A DNA stretch of 64,000 nucleotides, from NCBI GenBank assembly GCA_037441845.1, contig JBBIRK010000003.1, forward strand, positions 224,001 to 288,000. The letters run 5' to 3'. This stretch comes from Candidatus Zixiibacteriota bacterium (lineage in GTDB: Bacteria > Zixibacteria > MSB-5A5 > UBA10806 > 4484-95). The notes beneath the pieces were generated by a model that ran no database searches, was not told the DNA's origin, and saw only the letters and a program-made list of their open reading frames with translations. Position 1 is the stretch's first letter. Every line of letters starts with the position of its first letter. Positions 18,282-28,816 of the stretch are shown piece after piece. Both the position numbers and the translations under genes were made by a program.

Positions 18282-18857
18282 ATGCCCGAAACAGAACAAG
18301 CGGTCGCCCCTAAAGAGAAACAAGAAAACACCGATGAAAAGCCGCCGAAGCCGAAGAAAAGCATCAAGCCTAAAATCCTGATGATAATCGGCGCCCAGGT
18401 TGTGCTTTCGATCGCAGGTTTCTTGTTCGTAACGAAATTTATCGCGCCTGATCCCGCGTTTCAGAGGGCGCGGGAGGAGAAAAAGAAAGAAGAAGCCCCC
18501 GCTCACGTCGAGGTCAAACGCGAGGTGTATCCTATCGAAGATGTGGTGGTTAACCCCGCCGGTACCAGCGGCAGCCGTTACCTTTCGGTTTCGATCGGTG
18601 TGGAGATGGATGCCGTCCCGCAGGAAGGCGGAGGCGAAGGCCACGGCGCCCCGGCAAAAACCGCCTCGCCGTTGGACGAGAAAAAACTTCAACTGCGCGA
18701 CGCCATGATCAACATTCTTTCGAGCAAGACGATCGAGCAGTTGACCAACAGCGCCGAGAAGGAGAATATCCGAACCGAAATCACTCAGGCGTTCAATCGG
18801 ATCCTGGGCGAGGGGAAAGTTCACCAGATTTACTTTGTCGAGTTCGTTTTGCAGTAA
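18282..18857 (+). CDS. fliL: Flagellar basal-body protein FliL
   Basis: Single TM, VVVNPAG...RYL, LRDAMINILSSKT, IYFVEFVLQ. Confidence 0.93.
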   Translation: MPETEQAVAPKEKQENTDEKPPKPKKSIKPKILMIIGAQVVLSIAGFLFVTKFIAPDPAFQRAREEKKKEEAPAHVEVKREVYPIEDVVVNPAGTSGSRYLSVSIGVEMDAVPQEGGGEGHGAPAKTASPLDEKKLQLRDAMINILSSKTIEQLTNSAEKENIRTEITQAFNRILGEGKVHQIYFVEFVLQ

Positions 18858-18860
18858 GTT

Positions 18861-19850
18861 ATGGCCAAAATTCTATCGCAGCAAGAAATCGATGCTCTAT
18901 TGAGCTCCGTGGCGGCGGCCGGAGGAACGCAGCTTCCGCCGGACGATGTTTCCGGCCAATCGGAAATCGCCCGCAAGGCGGTGGCCTATGATTTCAGGCA
19001 CCCCAATCGGGTCTCGAAAGACCAGATGCGGACGCTCGAATCTTTGCATTCGAATTTCGCGGGACATCTCGGATCGGCGCTCTCCGGGTTCACCAGATCG
19101 GTGGTCGATATCGATCTGCTGTCGGTGGACCAAATCACTTACTCCGAATTCATAATGTCGCTGGCGTCGCCATCATGCACCTACGTGTTTTCCATCTCGC
19201 CGCTCGAGGGTGCCGGCATAATCGATTTTAATCCGTCGGTGGTATTCGCTTTCGTGGATCGAATGTTCGGCGGCACCGGGAAAAGCCTGAACACCGAGAG
19301 GGAGCTCACGGGGATCGAAAAATCGGTTATGTCTAAAATTATCGGCCGCGCCTTCCGGGAACTGGAACGCGCCTGGCAGCATATCATGACTCTGCACATT
19401 GCGCAGACCAATTTCGAGTCGAATCCGCAATTCATCCAGATCGTTCCCCCAGGTGAAACCGTAATCATCATTTCGTTGCAGATCAAAATGCAGGCGTCAT
19501 CGGGAATAATGACCATATGTTACCCCTACCTGACGTTGGAGGATATTGTCGACAAGCTTTCGGCGCAGAACTGGATCGATAAAAACAAGAAATCGATGAG
19601 CGAAGAAGAAAACAGGCAAAATACCAAGAGACTAATGCCCATAATCGCGCCGATCAGGGTGGTGCTCGGCGGCGCTACCGTAAGTATCAGAGACCTATTG
19701 AACATTAAAGTCGGCGACGTCATTCGACTCGATCAATCCGCCGAAAGCGATATAAATTTGATCGTGGGCGACAAAATCAAATTCCAAGGAAAGCCCGGGC
19801 TGGTCGGCCACCAACTGGCAATCAAGATTAACAAGACCGAATCGAGGTGA
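18861..19850 (+). CDS. fliM: Switch protein FliM
   Basis: [11 protein letters not shown]heY-binding peptide, YDFRHP, DRMFGG, RELTGIE, ESNPQF. Confidence 0.97.
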   Translation: MAKILSQQEIDALLSSVAAAGGTQLPPDDVSGQSEIARKAVAYDFRHPNRVSKDQMRTLESLHSNFAGHLGSALSGFTRSVVDIDLLSVDQITYSEFIMSLASPSCTYVFSISPLEGAGIIDFNPSVVFAFVDRMFGGTGKSLNTERELTGIEKSVMSKIIGRAFRELERAWQHIMTLHIAQTNFESNPQFIQIVPPGETVIIISLQIKMQASSGIMTICYPYLTLEDIVDKLSAQNWIDKNKKSMSEEENRQNTKRLMPIIAPIRVVLGGATVSIRDLLNIKVGDVIRLDQSAESDINLIVGDKIKFQGKPGLVGHQLAIKINKTESR

Positions 19851-19854
19851 TAAG

Positions 19855-20397
19855 ATGGACCAACAAACGCAGATGCCGGATAAAGAAGATCTGGGCCAAA
19901 TGCCCATAACCGAAAAAAAGAGCGAACCGCAGACCGCCGACAACCTCGAAACGAAAATGCCGGATATGAATTTCGGCCCGGCGGGCGACGGCCAGGCGGT
20001 CAAGACCAACCCGGAGGATATGAATGAGGCGGACGCCGAAGCGATGATGCTGAAAATGATGGAGGAACAAAGCAAATCGGTCCCGGTCGTGGAAAAAGCC
20101 AATTTCGAACAACTCAAGAGCGAAAACCACTCTACCACGCGCAATATCGATATGCTCATGGATGTAACTTTGCCGGTATCGATAGAACTGGGACGGACCT
20201 CGCTGAAAATCGAAGATATTTTGAATCTGGGTCCCGGCTCGGTGGTGGAACTTGATAAGCTCGCCGGTGAGCCGGTGGACGTACTGGTTAACGACCGGCT
20301 GCTGGCCAAAGGTGAAGTTGTGGTGATAGACGAAAATTTCGGAGTGCGAATCACCTCGATGATTTCGCCTCAAGATAGAATCAAGAGTTTAAGATGA
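19855..20397 (+). CDS. fliN: Switch protein FliN (with N-terminal extension)
   Basis: [49 protein letters not shown]. Confidence 0.96.
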   Translation: MDQQTQMPDKEDLGQMPITEKKSEPQTADNLETKMPDMNFGPAGDGQAVKTNPEDMNEADAEAMMLKMMEEQSKSVPVVEKANFEQLKSENHSTTRNIDMLMDVTLPVSIELGRTSLKIEDILNLGPGSVVELDKLAGEPVDVLVNDRLLAKGEVVVIDENFGVRITSMISPQDRIKSLR

Positions 20398-20831
20398 AAC
20401 CGCTCGGATCGGCCGCGGCATTGATCGTCAGCCCGATTATAACCCTGGCTCAAGACAGTCTGGCAAATCGGCCTGATCTTCCGGCGATGAATTTCGGTCC
20501 CGGCATCGCCGAAATTCTGCTAAAGCTGATAATCTCCATGGCCGTTATTATCGGCCTGATCTATGGCTCGATATTGCTTTTGCGGAAGATTTCCAATCGG
20601 ACGTTGCCGCAGGCGAATCAGTGGGTGAAAGTGATCGGCCGTTCCTACCTTACGCCGAAACAAAGCCTGTATATAGTGAAAATGGGTCCCAAATTCGCAG
20701 TGCTGGGGGTGAGCGACAACTCGGTCAACCTGATCAAGGAATTGACGCCGGAGGAGGCGGAATCATTGAATACGCCGAGCGAGAAACCGCGCGAATTCGC
20801 CGGCATATTCAAGAGTCTGCTGAAGAAATGA
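20394..20831 (+). CDS. fliO: FliO/FliZ export accessory protein
   Basis: TM segment then [18 protein letters not shown]...VLGVS; lies between fliN and fliP. Confidence 0.88.
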   Translation: MKPLGSAAALIVSPIITLAQDSLANRPDLPAMNFGPGIAEILLKLIISMAVIIGLIYGSILLLRKISNRTLPQANQWVKVIGRSYLTPKQSLYIVKMGPKFAVLGVSDNSVNLIKELTPEEAESLNTPSEKPREFAGIFKSLLKK

Positions 20832-21577
20832 AACGCCTGCTATTATCGATAACGATTCTCGTTTTGCTGATGACGCTGTTCGGCGAAACCGGGCTGGCTC
20901 AGAATCTGCCCAAAATTTCGATCGGACTCGAAAAGACGGGGGATTCGAAAGACCTATCGGTAACCTTGCAGATATTGCTTTTGCTCACGGTTCTGACCCT
21001 GGCGCCGGCGATTATAATCATGCTGACTTCATTCGTCAGGATCGTGGTGGTATTCTCGTTTTTAAGACAAGCTATAGGCACGCACCAGATGCCGCCCAAT
21101 CAATTGTTGATAGGATTGGCGCTCATTCTGACTGCGTTCGTTATGGCGCCCACGATAACCAAAATCAACGACAGCGCCCTTCAGCCATATCTGAAAGGCG
21201 AGATTTCCCAGAACGACGCCTACGATATCGGAATCAAGCCGATACGCGAGTTCATGCTCAAACAGGTCAGGGAAAAAGACCTGGCGCTTTTCGTTTCGTT
21301 TTCCGGCAACCCCAAGCCCAAAACCCCGGACGACATTCCAACCTACGTGATTATCCCCGGATTCGTCATCTCGGAACTCAGAATAGCGTTTCAAATAAGC
21401 TTTATACTGTTCATTCCGTTTTTGGTTATCGACATGGTGGTGGCCTCGGTATTGATGTCGATGGGTATGCTGATGCTTCCGCCGATTATGGTGTCGTTGC
21501 CTTTCAAAATTTTGTTGTTCGTGCTGGTCGACGGCTGGTACTTGATAGTGCAGTCGTTGCTTCAAAGTTTCCGTTAA
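20828..21577 (+). CDS. fliP: Export gate FliP
   Basis: LTSFVRIVVV, LRQAIG...PPNQ, SELRIAFQI, PFKILLFVLVDGW; ATG 20828 overlaps the fliO stop (ATGA). Confidence 0.98.
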   Translation: MKRLLLSITILVLLMTLFGETGLAQNLPKISIGLEKTGDSKDLSVTLQILLLLTVLTLAPAIIIMLTSFVRIVVVFSFLRQAIGTHQMPPNQLLIGLALILTAFVMAPTITKINDSALQPYLKGEISQNDAYDIGIKPIREFMLKQVREKDLALFVSFSGNPKPKTPDDIPTYVIIPGFVISELRIAFQISFILFIPFLVIDMVVASVLMSMGMLMLPPIMVSLPFKILLFVLVDGWYLIVQSLLQSFR

Positions 21578-21593
21578 CGATAAGGAATAGCCC

Positions 21594-21863
21594 ATGGATA
21601 TGCAATTCGTAATAGCCCTGGGAAGGCAGGCGATCTATACCACTCTCTTGGTTTCGGCGCCGATGCTTATTTTGGCGATGATCGTCGGTTTGGCCATTTC
21701 GGTGCTGCAAGCCATCACCCAGGTGCATGAAATGACTCTGACGTTTATTCCCAAGATAATCGCGGTGGCCGTAGCCCTCGTCATCTTTCTGCCCTGGATG
21801 ATGACCACGATCGTCGGTTTTGCGACTCAGTTGTTGGCGACGATTCCGACATTGGCCAGATGA
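21594..21863 (+). CDS. fliQ: Export gate FliQ
   Basis: GLAISVLQAITQVHEMTLTFIPKI. Confidence 0.97.
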   Translation: MDMQFVIALGRQAIYTTLLVSAPMLILAMIVGLAISVLQAITQVHEMTLTFIPKIIAVAVALVIFLPWMMTTIVGFATQLLATIPTLAR

Positions 21864-22029
21864 TCGCCATAAGCGAAAGCGAACGGAATAAGCCGGATGA
21901 ACAAAATTATCCTCTCGGCGGAAAAAAATTCCCGGCAAGATGTTGATCGAATACCCGCAAAATCCGGTCTTTGTGAAACAACTTAATACTATATAAGCAA
22001 TTACAAGTCCCATAGAATCTGCGGCTCAA

Positions 22030-22045
22030 CGGCACATGCTTTGCA
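22030..22045 (+). promoter_or_regulatory. Sigma54 promoter upstream of fliR-flhB-flhA
   Basis: CGGCACATGCTTTGCA (GG-N10-GC) in the ~200-nt fliQ-fliR gap. Confidence 0.75.
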
Positions 22046-22072
22046 TTAGCCCGAATTGGAGGAATCTTGTCG

Positions 22073-22861
22073 ATGTCGATACTGCAATTGAGTGCCGCCG
22101 AATTCGAAAAGCTTTTACTGCTTATGCTTCGTTTGGGCGGCATAATGTCCGTCGCCCCTATTTTCGGTCACCGCAGCGTGCCAACCATGCCCAAAATCGG
22201 TTTGGTGATCTTGACCAGCCTCATTATCCTGCCGACCCTCTCGGGATATTCCATAAAGGTTCCACCCGACCTGCCAGGATTGGTAGTGATGCTGTTCAAA
22301 GAAATCGTGGCCGGGCTGGCTATTGGATTCAGCTCGATGATGATTTTCCTGGCCGTGCAATTCGCCGGAACCTTGATCGGTCTGCAAATGGGTTTCGGCA
22401 TCGTCAACGTAATCGATCCTAATTCTCAGCTCGAAGTTCCCATAATCGGCCAATTCCAGTTGCTTCTTGCGACTCTGATCTTCTTGGCTCTTGACGGTCA
22501 TCATCTGGTCCTTTCGGCGATCGTCGGAAGCGTCAAGGTCATTCCTCTGGGGGCGATAGATTTTTCGGCGGTTTCCGGCGAGCTGATTCTACGTGCCGGC
22601 ATCGATACGCTGGCTTCCGGGATTAAGCTCGGAGCACCCTGCATGGTTACGCTATTTCTGGTCGACGTGGCTATGGGAGTGGTGGCCCGCACCATGCCGC
22701 AGATGAACGTTTTCGTTGTCGGTTTTCCATTGAAGATCGCCACCGGGTTCGTAATGATATCGGCTTCATTGCCGCTATTCGGTTACGTGTTCGCAAAATT
22801 GCTTATGGGTCTCAATAACAATCTCAATGCGCTGATACTGGCCATGAGGCCGATGCCTTAG
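22073..22861 (+). CDS. fliR: Export gate FliR
   Basis: LRLGG...APIFG, QFAGTLIGLQMGFG, RTMPQMNVFVVGFPLKI; ATG 22073 is well spaced from GGAGGA. Confidence 0.97.
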   Translation: MSILQLSAAEFEKLLLLMLRLGGIMSVAPIFGHRSVPTMPKIGLVILTSLIILPTLSGYSIKVPPDLPGLVVMLFKEIVAGLAIGFSSMMIFLAVQFAGTLIGLQMGFGIVNVIDPNSQLEVPIIGQFQLLLATLIFLALDGHHLVLSAIVGSVKVIPLGAIDFSAVSGELILRAGIDTLASGIKLGAPCMVTLFLVDVAMGVVARTMPQMNVFVVGFPLKIATGFVMISASLPLFGYVFAKLLMGLNNNLNALILAMRPMP

Positions 22862-22872
22862 GATTGAATTAA

Positions 22873-23937
22873 ATGGCCGAAGAATTCGATCAGGACGAAC
22901 GAACCGAACAGGCGACGCCCCGAAAGCGGCAACAGGTGCGGCAAAAGGGGCAGGTCGCCAGGTCACAAGAAATTAATTCGGTTGCAGTGCTGTTCAGCGG
23001 CTTGCTGGCCCTGATGGTGTTTTCCAGCTCGATGTATGCCGGAATGGCCGGGGCGCTGCGTTACAATATCCAAAGTTGCCTGACCGAAATCAGCATCAAC
23101 TCGGCCTACCAGCTTTTACTCACCAACGGCATGTTACTTCTCAAACTGATCGCCCCGGTGCTGATGTTTGTGGCGGTCGTGGGAATTCTGGTGAATCTGG
23201 CGCAAGTCGGTTTCGAAATATCGTTCGAGCCGCTGCTGCCTAAACCGGAAAAGCTGGATCCGATCAAGGGGGCGCGGCGGCTTTTTTCACAAAGAGTGAT
23301 TTTCGATCTTATCCGCGACTCCCTGAAAATCGTGGTGATAGGATATATAGCTTTCTCGACTCTGAAAGGCGAAATTGACAATTACATTCCACTTGCCGAT
23401 CAGGAAGTCGGGCAAATTTTGCGTTTTGCCGGGAAAGTGGCTCTGAAAGTCGGTTTGAGGGTATCCGGCGCTTTGCTGATTATCGCTATCCTCGATTATG
23501 CTTTCCAGAGATTCCAGTTCGAACGCCAGATAAGAATGACCCGGCAGGAATTGAAGGAAGAATATAAGCTATACGAAGGCGACCCCATCGTCAAATCGCG
23601 CATAAAGCGGATTCAACGCGAATTGGCCCGGGCGCGGATGCTCAAAGAAGTTCCCAAAGCCGATGTCGTCGTGACCAACCCGACCCATTTGGCGGTCGCT
23701 TTGAAATACGACTCCGAAACGATGGCCGCGCCGACTGTGGTCGCCAAGGGCGAAAGATTGATCGCCGAGAAAATCAAAGAAGTGGCCAGGCAGGCCGGCG
23801 TGCCGATTATCGAAAATCCGCCGCTGGCAAGGGCGCTTTTCGAGGCCGTGGAAGTCGGCATGACCATACCGGCGAAACTTTACCGAGCGGTGGCCGAATT
23901 GCTGGCTCATGTCTATAAAATGAAAGGTAAGATCTGA
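22873..23937 (+). CDS. flhB: Export switch FlhB
   Basis: RTEQATPRK, EGDPIVK and the NPTH autocleavage motif. Confidence 0.98.
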   Translation: MAEEFDQDERTEQATPRKRQQVRQKGQVARSQEINSVAVLFSGLLALMVFSSSMYAGMAGALRYNIQSCLTEISINSAYQLLLTNGMLLLKLIAPVLMFVAVVGILVNLAQVGFEISFEPLLPKPEKLDPIKGARRLFSQRVIFDLIRDSLKIVVIGYIAFSTLKGEIDNYIPLADQEVGQILRFAGKVALKVGLRVSGALLIIAILDYAFQRFQFERQIRMTRQELKEEYKLYEGDPIVKSRIKRIQRELARARMLKEVPKADVVVTNPTHLAVALKYDSETMAAPTVVAKGERLIAEKIKEVARQAGVPIIENPPLARALFEAVEVGMTIPAKLYRAVAELLAHVYKMKGKI

Positions 23938-26009
23938 TGGCTGATATCTCGGGCGGCCCGCGTAACCTGCTGCATCGCTTCTCGGATTACTCCGACGTTT
24001 TGCTGGCGGTAGCGGTAGTGGTCATTCTCGGCGTCTTGGTCTTGCCCGTGCCGGCTCGTCTGCTCGATATATTGCTGGCGCTCAATATCACGATCTCCAT
24101 GGTGATATTGCTGGTGACCATGTATTTGACCCGGCCGCTCGATTTCGCAGTGTTCCCGGGGCTGCTTCTGATTATCACCCTGTTTCGGCTTGCCCTCAAT
24201 GTCGCCTCTACGAGACTGATTCTGGGACAGGGATACGCGGGCGAAGTGATCTCCTCGTTCGGCAATTTCGTTATCGGCGGAAATTACGTGGTCGGATTCA
24301 TCATATTTTCGATTCTGGTCATCATCCAGTTCGTTGTGATTACCAAGGGCGCCGGTCGTATCGCCGAAGTCGCCGCCAGATTCACTTTGGATGCCATGCC
24401 CGGCAAACAGATGGCGATCGATGCCGACCTCAACGCCGGCCTTATCACCGAAGATCAGGCGAGAAAACGCAGAGCCGAAATCGGACAGGAGGCCGATTTT
24501 TATGGAGCAATGGATGGTGCCTCGAAATTCGTCCGAGGGGATGCGATCGCCGGAATTTTGATCACTATCATAAACGTAATCGGCGGAATTATGATCGGGG
24601 TCGTCCAGCGGGGATTGACGGTCAGTGAATCTCTGACGACATATACGCTCCTGTCGGTCGGTGATGGATTGGTCACGCAGATTCCCGCGCTCGTGGTTTC
24701 CACCGCCGCCGGCATAATTGTCACCAGGGCGGCTTCCGATTCGAATCTGGGCAAAGACCTTACCCGCCAGATAACTTTTCAACCTCGGGCGATAATGATC
24801 GCCTCGGGCATTCTATTCGTCTTCGGCCTGGTGCCCGGAATGCCGACTTTGCCGTTCATGCTGCTGGGAGCGATTACCGGAGCGGTAGCCTACAACATCA
24901 ACCGTTCCCGAAAAAGAAAACTGGCTGCTGCGGAAGTCACCGAAGAAAAGAAAGAAATACCTCCAGTCGAGCGGATGGAGGAGTATCTGAAGGTCGATCC
25001 GATGGAGATCGAGATCGGCTACGCCTTGATTCCCTTGGTGGATGTTTCTCAGGGAAACGACTTGCTCGAGCGGATCGCCATGATAAGGCGGCAGATTGCG
25101 CAGGAGCTCGGTTTGCTCGTGCCGCCCATCAGAATACGCGACAACATCCTGCTTAAACCGAATGAATATCAGATCAAAATTCGCGGGCACAGGGTGGCGG
25201 GTTCGGAACTATACCCCGGCCAATTTTTGGCGATAGATCCCGGTTATGTGGCCGAGCCGGTCGAGGGGCCTGATGTCAATGAACCGGCGTTCGGTTTGCG
25301 GGCCAAATGGATCGGCGAAAATCTCAAATCCTTGGCCGAATCGCGCGGCTATACCGTAGTCGAACCGACCGCGGTGATGGCGACACATCTGACCGAGATT
25401 ATCAAAGGACATGCAGCGGAGATACTGACTCGCCAGGAAACGGCCAATCTGATCGAAAATGTCAAGAAAGAACATAAGGCCCTGGTCGAGGAGGTCGTGC
25501 CTGCGATGGTGGGGATCGGTATAGTTCAGAAAGTCCTGCAAAATCTATTGGAGGAAAGAATTCCGATTCGCGATCTGCCGTTGATACTGGAAACGCTTGC
25601 GGATTTCGCCCCGACCACCAAAGATGCGGATATCCTCTCCGAATACGTCAGGCATAAGCTCAGCCGGACGATCACTAAAATGCATCTGAATTCGATCGGC
25701 GGATTGACGGTGATGACTTTGGATCCTGAGCTCGAATCAAAGATCGCCGCTTCCGTGCAATCGACCAAACATGGTTTAGTGCTCACGCTGCCGCCGGATT
25801 TGGCTCAGAAATTATATGAAACGATCAAGCGCGCGGTCGAGGAGATGCAGGTTCAGGGATATCCGCCGCTGTTGTTGGTATCGCCCAATATAAGATTGGC
25901 ATTCCGCCGGTTCGTGAAGCCTGTCGCCCCTAACCTGGCGGTCATATCCTACAACGAGGTACTTCCAGAAATCGAAATTGAAAGCACCAAAATAGTGAGG
26001 TTGCAATGA
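23937..26009 (+). CDS. flhA: Export gate FlhA
   Basis: RIAEVAARFTLDAMPGKQMAIDADL, FYGAMDGASKFVRGDA. Confidence 0.99.
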   Translation: MADISGGPRNLLHRFSDYSDVLLAVAVVVILGVLVLPVPARLLDILLALNITISMVILLVTMYLTRPLDFAVFPGLLLIITLFRLALNVASTRLILGQGYAGEVISSFGNFVIGGNYVVGFIIFSILVIIQFVVITKGAGRIAEVAARFTLDAMPGKQMAIDADLNAGLITEDQARKRRAEIGQEADFYGAMDGASKFVRGDAIAGILITIINVIGGIMIGVVQRGLTVSESLTTYTLLSVGDGLVTQIPALVVSTAAGIIVTRAASDSNLGKDLTRQITFQPRAIMIASGILFVFGLVPGMPTLPFMLLGAITGAVAYNINRSRKRKLAAAEVTEEKKEIPPVERMEEYLKVDPMEIEIGYALIPLVDVSQGNDLLERIAMIRRQIAQELGLLVPPIRIRDNILLKPNEYQIKIRGHRVAGSELYPGQFLAIDPGYVAEPVEGPDVNEPAFGLRAKWIGENLKSLAESRGYTVVEPTAVMATHLTEIIKGHAAEILTRQETANLIENVKKEHKALVEEVVPAMVGIGIVQKVLQNLLEERIPIRDLPLILETLADFAPTTKDADILSEYVRHKLSRTITKMHLNSIGGLTVMTLDPELESKIAASVQSTKHGLVLTLPPDLAQKLYETIKRAVEEMQVQGYPPLLLVSPNIRLAFRRFVKPVAPNLAVISYNEVLPEIEIESTKIVRLQ

Positions 26010-27205
26010 TCATTAAAAAATTCGTGGCGCCGACGATGGCCGAAGCCCTCGGCAAAGTCAAAAAAGAGCTGGGTGATCAAGCGGTTATTCTCAAGACGCG
26101 TATGAATCGCCGGGGAAGCGTCTCGGGTGAACAAGCGGAAAAAGGTGTCGAAGTGACGGCCGCAATAGAACAGGATACCAAATCGCGGCTCGAAGGAATT
26201 CAGGTCGTTTCTCCGGAACCCACGCGATCGGAAACCCCGAATGATAGTCCCGGAAAAAGCGATCCGAAGCTGCCCTCGGAACTGCTGGAACGGATATTGC
26301 GGGAAGTGGCCGAAATCAAGTCATCGATTGGAGATTGGAAGATGCGGCCGGCGACGTTCTTCGGCAATCTGCCGGCCGATTTGATCGACCTCGGCCGTTT
26401 GATGGTCGCCCGCAACTTCCCGGAGGATTTCGCTCTCAAGTTGATTTCCGGCATCTCCACCGCCGACGATATTCTCAATCTGAAGCGGCCGGCGCTGTTG
26501 CAAACTCTTAAGGATCGCTTGAAGTCGCTGCTGCCCGGGACCGAAGGAATAAATCTTTACCCCGCCGGCGCGACCGTGGCCATGTTTATCGGGCCGACAG
26601 GCTCGGGAAAAACATCGGCGCTGGCGAAACTGGCGATGAACCACAAAGTTCAGCACGGCTCCCATCTGGCAATCATTTCGGCCGATAATTTCCGAGCTGA
26701 TTCGGGGCATCAGATCAAATCGTATTGCCGAATTCTCAGTTGTCCGTGCGCCATTGTTTACAGCGGCGACGAATTATCCATGGCTATCAAATCTCAAAAA
26801 GAGGGGTTGGTTTTGGTCGATACTCCCGGTGTCAATCCGCGGGATCGCAACGATGTCGGCGAATTGCTTACCCTGGTGCGTGCGGCCCGACCCCACGAAA
26901 TTCATCTGGTTTTGGCCGCGAATACACCGGCTACGGATATTTACGAAATGCTCGATGCTTTCGCCGACTTCAATCTGGACAAGCTCCTGATAACCAAACT
27001 TGACGAGACATTCTCGGTCGGCGGGGCGATCGCCGCTTCGATCAAATCGGGCAAGAAACTATCCTACGTCAGCCGTTCAAGAGAAATCCCCGGACAATTT
27101 TTACCGGCTTCCCCGGAATTGCTGGTCGAAACCGTGTTCGACGAATCCCGGGAACCGGATTCCAGACCGACCTGGCAGACGGAAGTGGTTGGGCTATGGC
27201 AATAG
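26006..27205 (+). CDS. flhF: SRP-family GTPase FlhF
   Basis: MIIKKFVA..MAEAL..VKKELG, GPTGSGKT, DTPG, TKLDE. Confidence 0.93.
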   Translation: MIIKKFVAPTMAEALGKVKKELGDQAVILKTRMNRRGSVSGEQAEKGVEVTAAIEQDTKSRLEGIQVVSPEPTRSETPNDSPGKSDPKLPSELLERILREVAEIKSSIGDWKMRPATFFGNLPADLIDLGRLMVARNFPEDFALKLISGISTADDILNLKRPALLQTLKDRLKSLLPGTEGINLYPAGATVAMFIGPTGSGKTSALAKLAMNHKVQHGSHLAIISADNFRADSGHQIKSYCRILSCPCAIVYSGDELSMAIKSQKEGLVLVDTPGVNPRDRNDVGELLTLVRAARPHEIHLVLAANTPATDIYEMLDAFADFNLDKLLITKLDETFSVGGAIAASIKSGKKLSYVSRSREIPGQFLPASPELLVETVFDESREPDSRPTWQTEVVGLWQ

Positions 27206-27960
27206 AGAGCGTTACAGGAATCAGCATCGTATCCGGCAAGGGTGGCGTAGGCAAGTCGGTGATAGCCCTCAATCTCGCACTGGCTTTGGCCGAACGAAAC
27301 CTGAAATCGCTGCTTTTCGACGCCGCCGGAGGAGATTCGGTCAATCTGGCGAATATCGGCCCGACTGATATGTCTTCCTCCGCGCCGCATGCGCTTGCCG
27401 GTTCCGCGGAATTGGTGGTATCGAATTTCCGAAGGCATGGCAATCTGGGTCCCGAATTCAGTATCAACGGGATTCTAAAAGAGGTTTTACGCTCCTCCTC
27501 CGGTAAAGATTGCGTCGTATTCGACACGCCGACCGGCATAAATGCGGTCTCCGCGACACTCGCGAAACTATCCGAAACTATAATCATAGTCAGCACCGCA
27601 GAGCCCACTTCGATCGCGGGGAGCTACTTATTGGCAAGAGCATTGCATGCGCAGGGCCTGGTCGGCAGAGTCGGAATCGTCTTTAACCAAGTCTCATCGC
27701 TCGAAGAAGCGGCGTCGCTGAAAACTCGTTTCGACATCATGACCAAAAGGTTCCTGGGGTGCGTTATCGATGACTTGGGGGCGATAAGGAACGACGCGCA
27801 GCTTGTCGAATCGGTGGCTGAGCAATCCGCGCTGGCGCTCGGTTATCCCGATTCCCGGGCTCTGGCGGATATTCGAAGACTTTGCCTCAAATTGATTCCC
27901 ATAAAGCCGTTTCAAAATGCAACATCGAACGCAAAATCAACAATAGCCATGGGAGGTTAG
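27196..27960 (+). CDS. flhG: MinD-like FlhG/FleN (divergent)
   Basis: SGKGGVGKS deviant Walker A, DTPTG, EPTSI; lies between flhF and fliA. Confidence 0.85.
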   Translation: MAIESVTGISIVSGKGGVGKSVIALNLALALAERNLKSLLFDAAGGDSVNLANIGPTDMSSSAPHALAGSAELVVSNFRRHGNLGPEFSINGILKEVLRSSSGKDCVVFDTPTGINAVSATLAKLSETIIIVSTAEPTSIAGSYLLARALHAQGLVGRVGIVFNQVSSLEEAASLKTRFDIMTKRFLGCVIDDLGAIRNDAQLVESVAEQSALALGYPDSRALADIRRLCLKLIPIKPFQNATSNAKSTIAMGG

Positions 27961-27963
27961 GCC

Positions 27964-28779
27964 GTGGCGGTCGATAAAATGATGATGAAGAGCAAGGGAG
28001 TCGCAGCTCCGAACAAGAGTATGGCAAACCAGGTAGTCTGGGAAAATTATAAGCGCAACCTCGATCCCGTTACCCGGGACAAATTGCTGAAACAGTATCT
28101 GCCGCTGGTGAAAAACGTCGCCAGCCGCATGGCTCTCGGCTTCCCCAAATCGGTCGAGTTGAATGACCTGGTCAATACCGGCGTGATCGGATTAATCGAG
28201 GCGTTCAATAATTTCGATCCCGGGCGCGGAGTGAAATTCGAGACCTATGCCGTTCCTCGTATCAGGGGGGCGATCCTCGACGAGCTGCGCGCCCTCGACT
28301 GGGTGCCGCGTTCCACTCGGGCGAAATCGCGTGAAATCGAAAAAGCCGTGACCAAGCTCGAAAACGAACTGGGTCGATCGCCATCGGACTCCGAACTTGC
28401 CAAACATCTGAAAATGTCCGCCGACGAATTACTGTCGGCAATGGGCGATGTTTCCACGACCACGCTGTTATCGCTCGATGAGCTTATCAATAGGGAGGAC
28501 GATAACCGCCAGGTTCCGCGAATCGAAACGATCGAAAATGCGGCGTTCAATAACGTTCTATCCGATCTCGAGAGGAACGAGCTGCGGGCGTTCTTGGTCA
28601 ATTCGATTTCCGTATTGACCGAGCAGGAACGGCTGGTGGTGGCGCTCTATTATTATGAAGAGCTGACCCTCAAGGAAATCGGCGAGGTGATGCTCATTTC
28701 CGAATCACGGGTTTCGCAAATTCACACCAAGGCCGTTCTCCGTCTCAGATCCATGATACGGGAGAGGTTCGGCCTTTAG
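27964..28779 (+). CDS. fliA: RNA polymerase sigma28 FliA/WhiG
   Basis: FETYAVPRIRGAILDELRALDWVPRS, LYYYEELTLKEIG...SESRVSQIH. Confidence 0.98.
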   Translation: MAVDKMMMKSKGVAAPNKSMANQVVWENYKRNLDPVTRDKLLKQYLPLVKNVASRMALGFPKSVELNDLVNTGVIGLIEAFNNFDPGRGVKFETYAVPRIRGAILDELRALDWVPRSTRAKSREIEKAVTKLENELGRSPSDSELAKHLKMSADELLSAMGDVSTTTLLSLDELINREDDNRQVPRIETIENAAFNNVLSDLERNELRAFLVNSISVLTEQERLVVALYYYEELTLKEIGEVMLISESRVSQIHTKAVLRLRSMIRERFGL

Positions 28780-28816
28780 GCGGTGATTTGTCCGCATGCC
28801 CGGACCGGGAGGTTTT

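Noticed and set aside
20621..20827. N-terminal extension of FliP in the ORF track
   Set aside because: It overlaps fliO; the true start is the coupled ATG at 20828. Similar over-extended starts were trimmed for motE-like, flgD, flgH, the formyltransferase-like gene and fliD.
2776..26009. Non-flagellar injectisome T3SS
   Set aside because: The export genes are flagellar type and accompanied by rod, hook, ring and flagellin genes; no secretin or needle genes.
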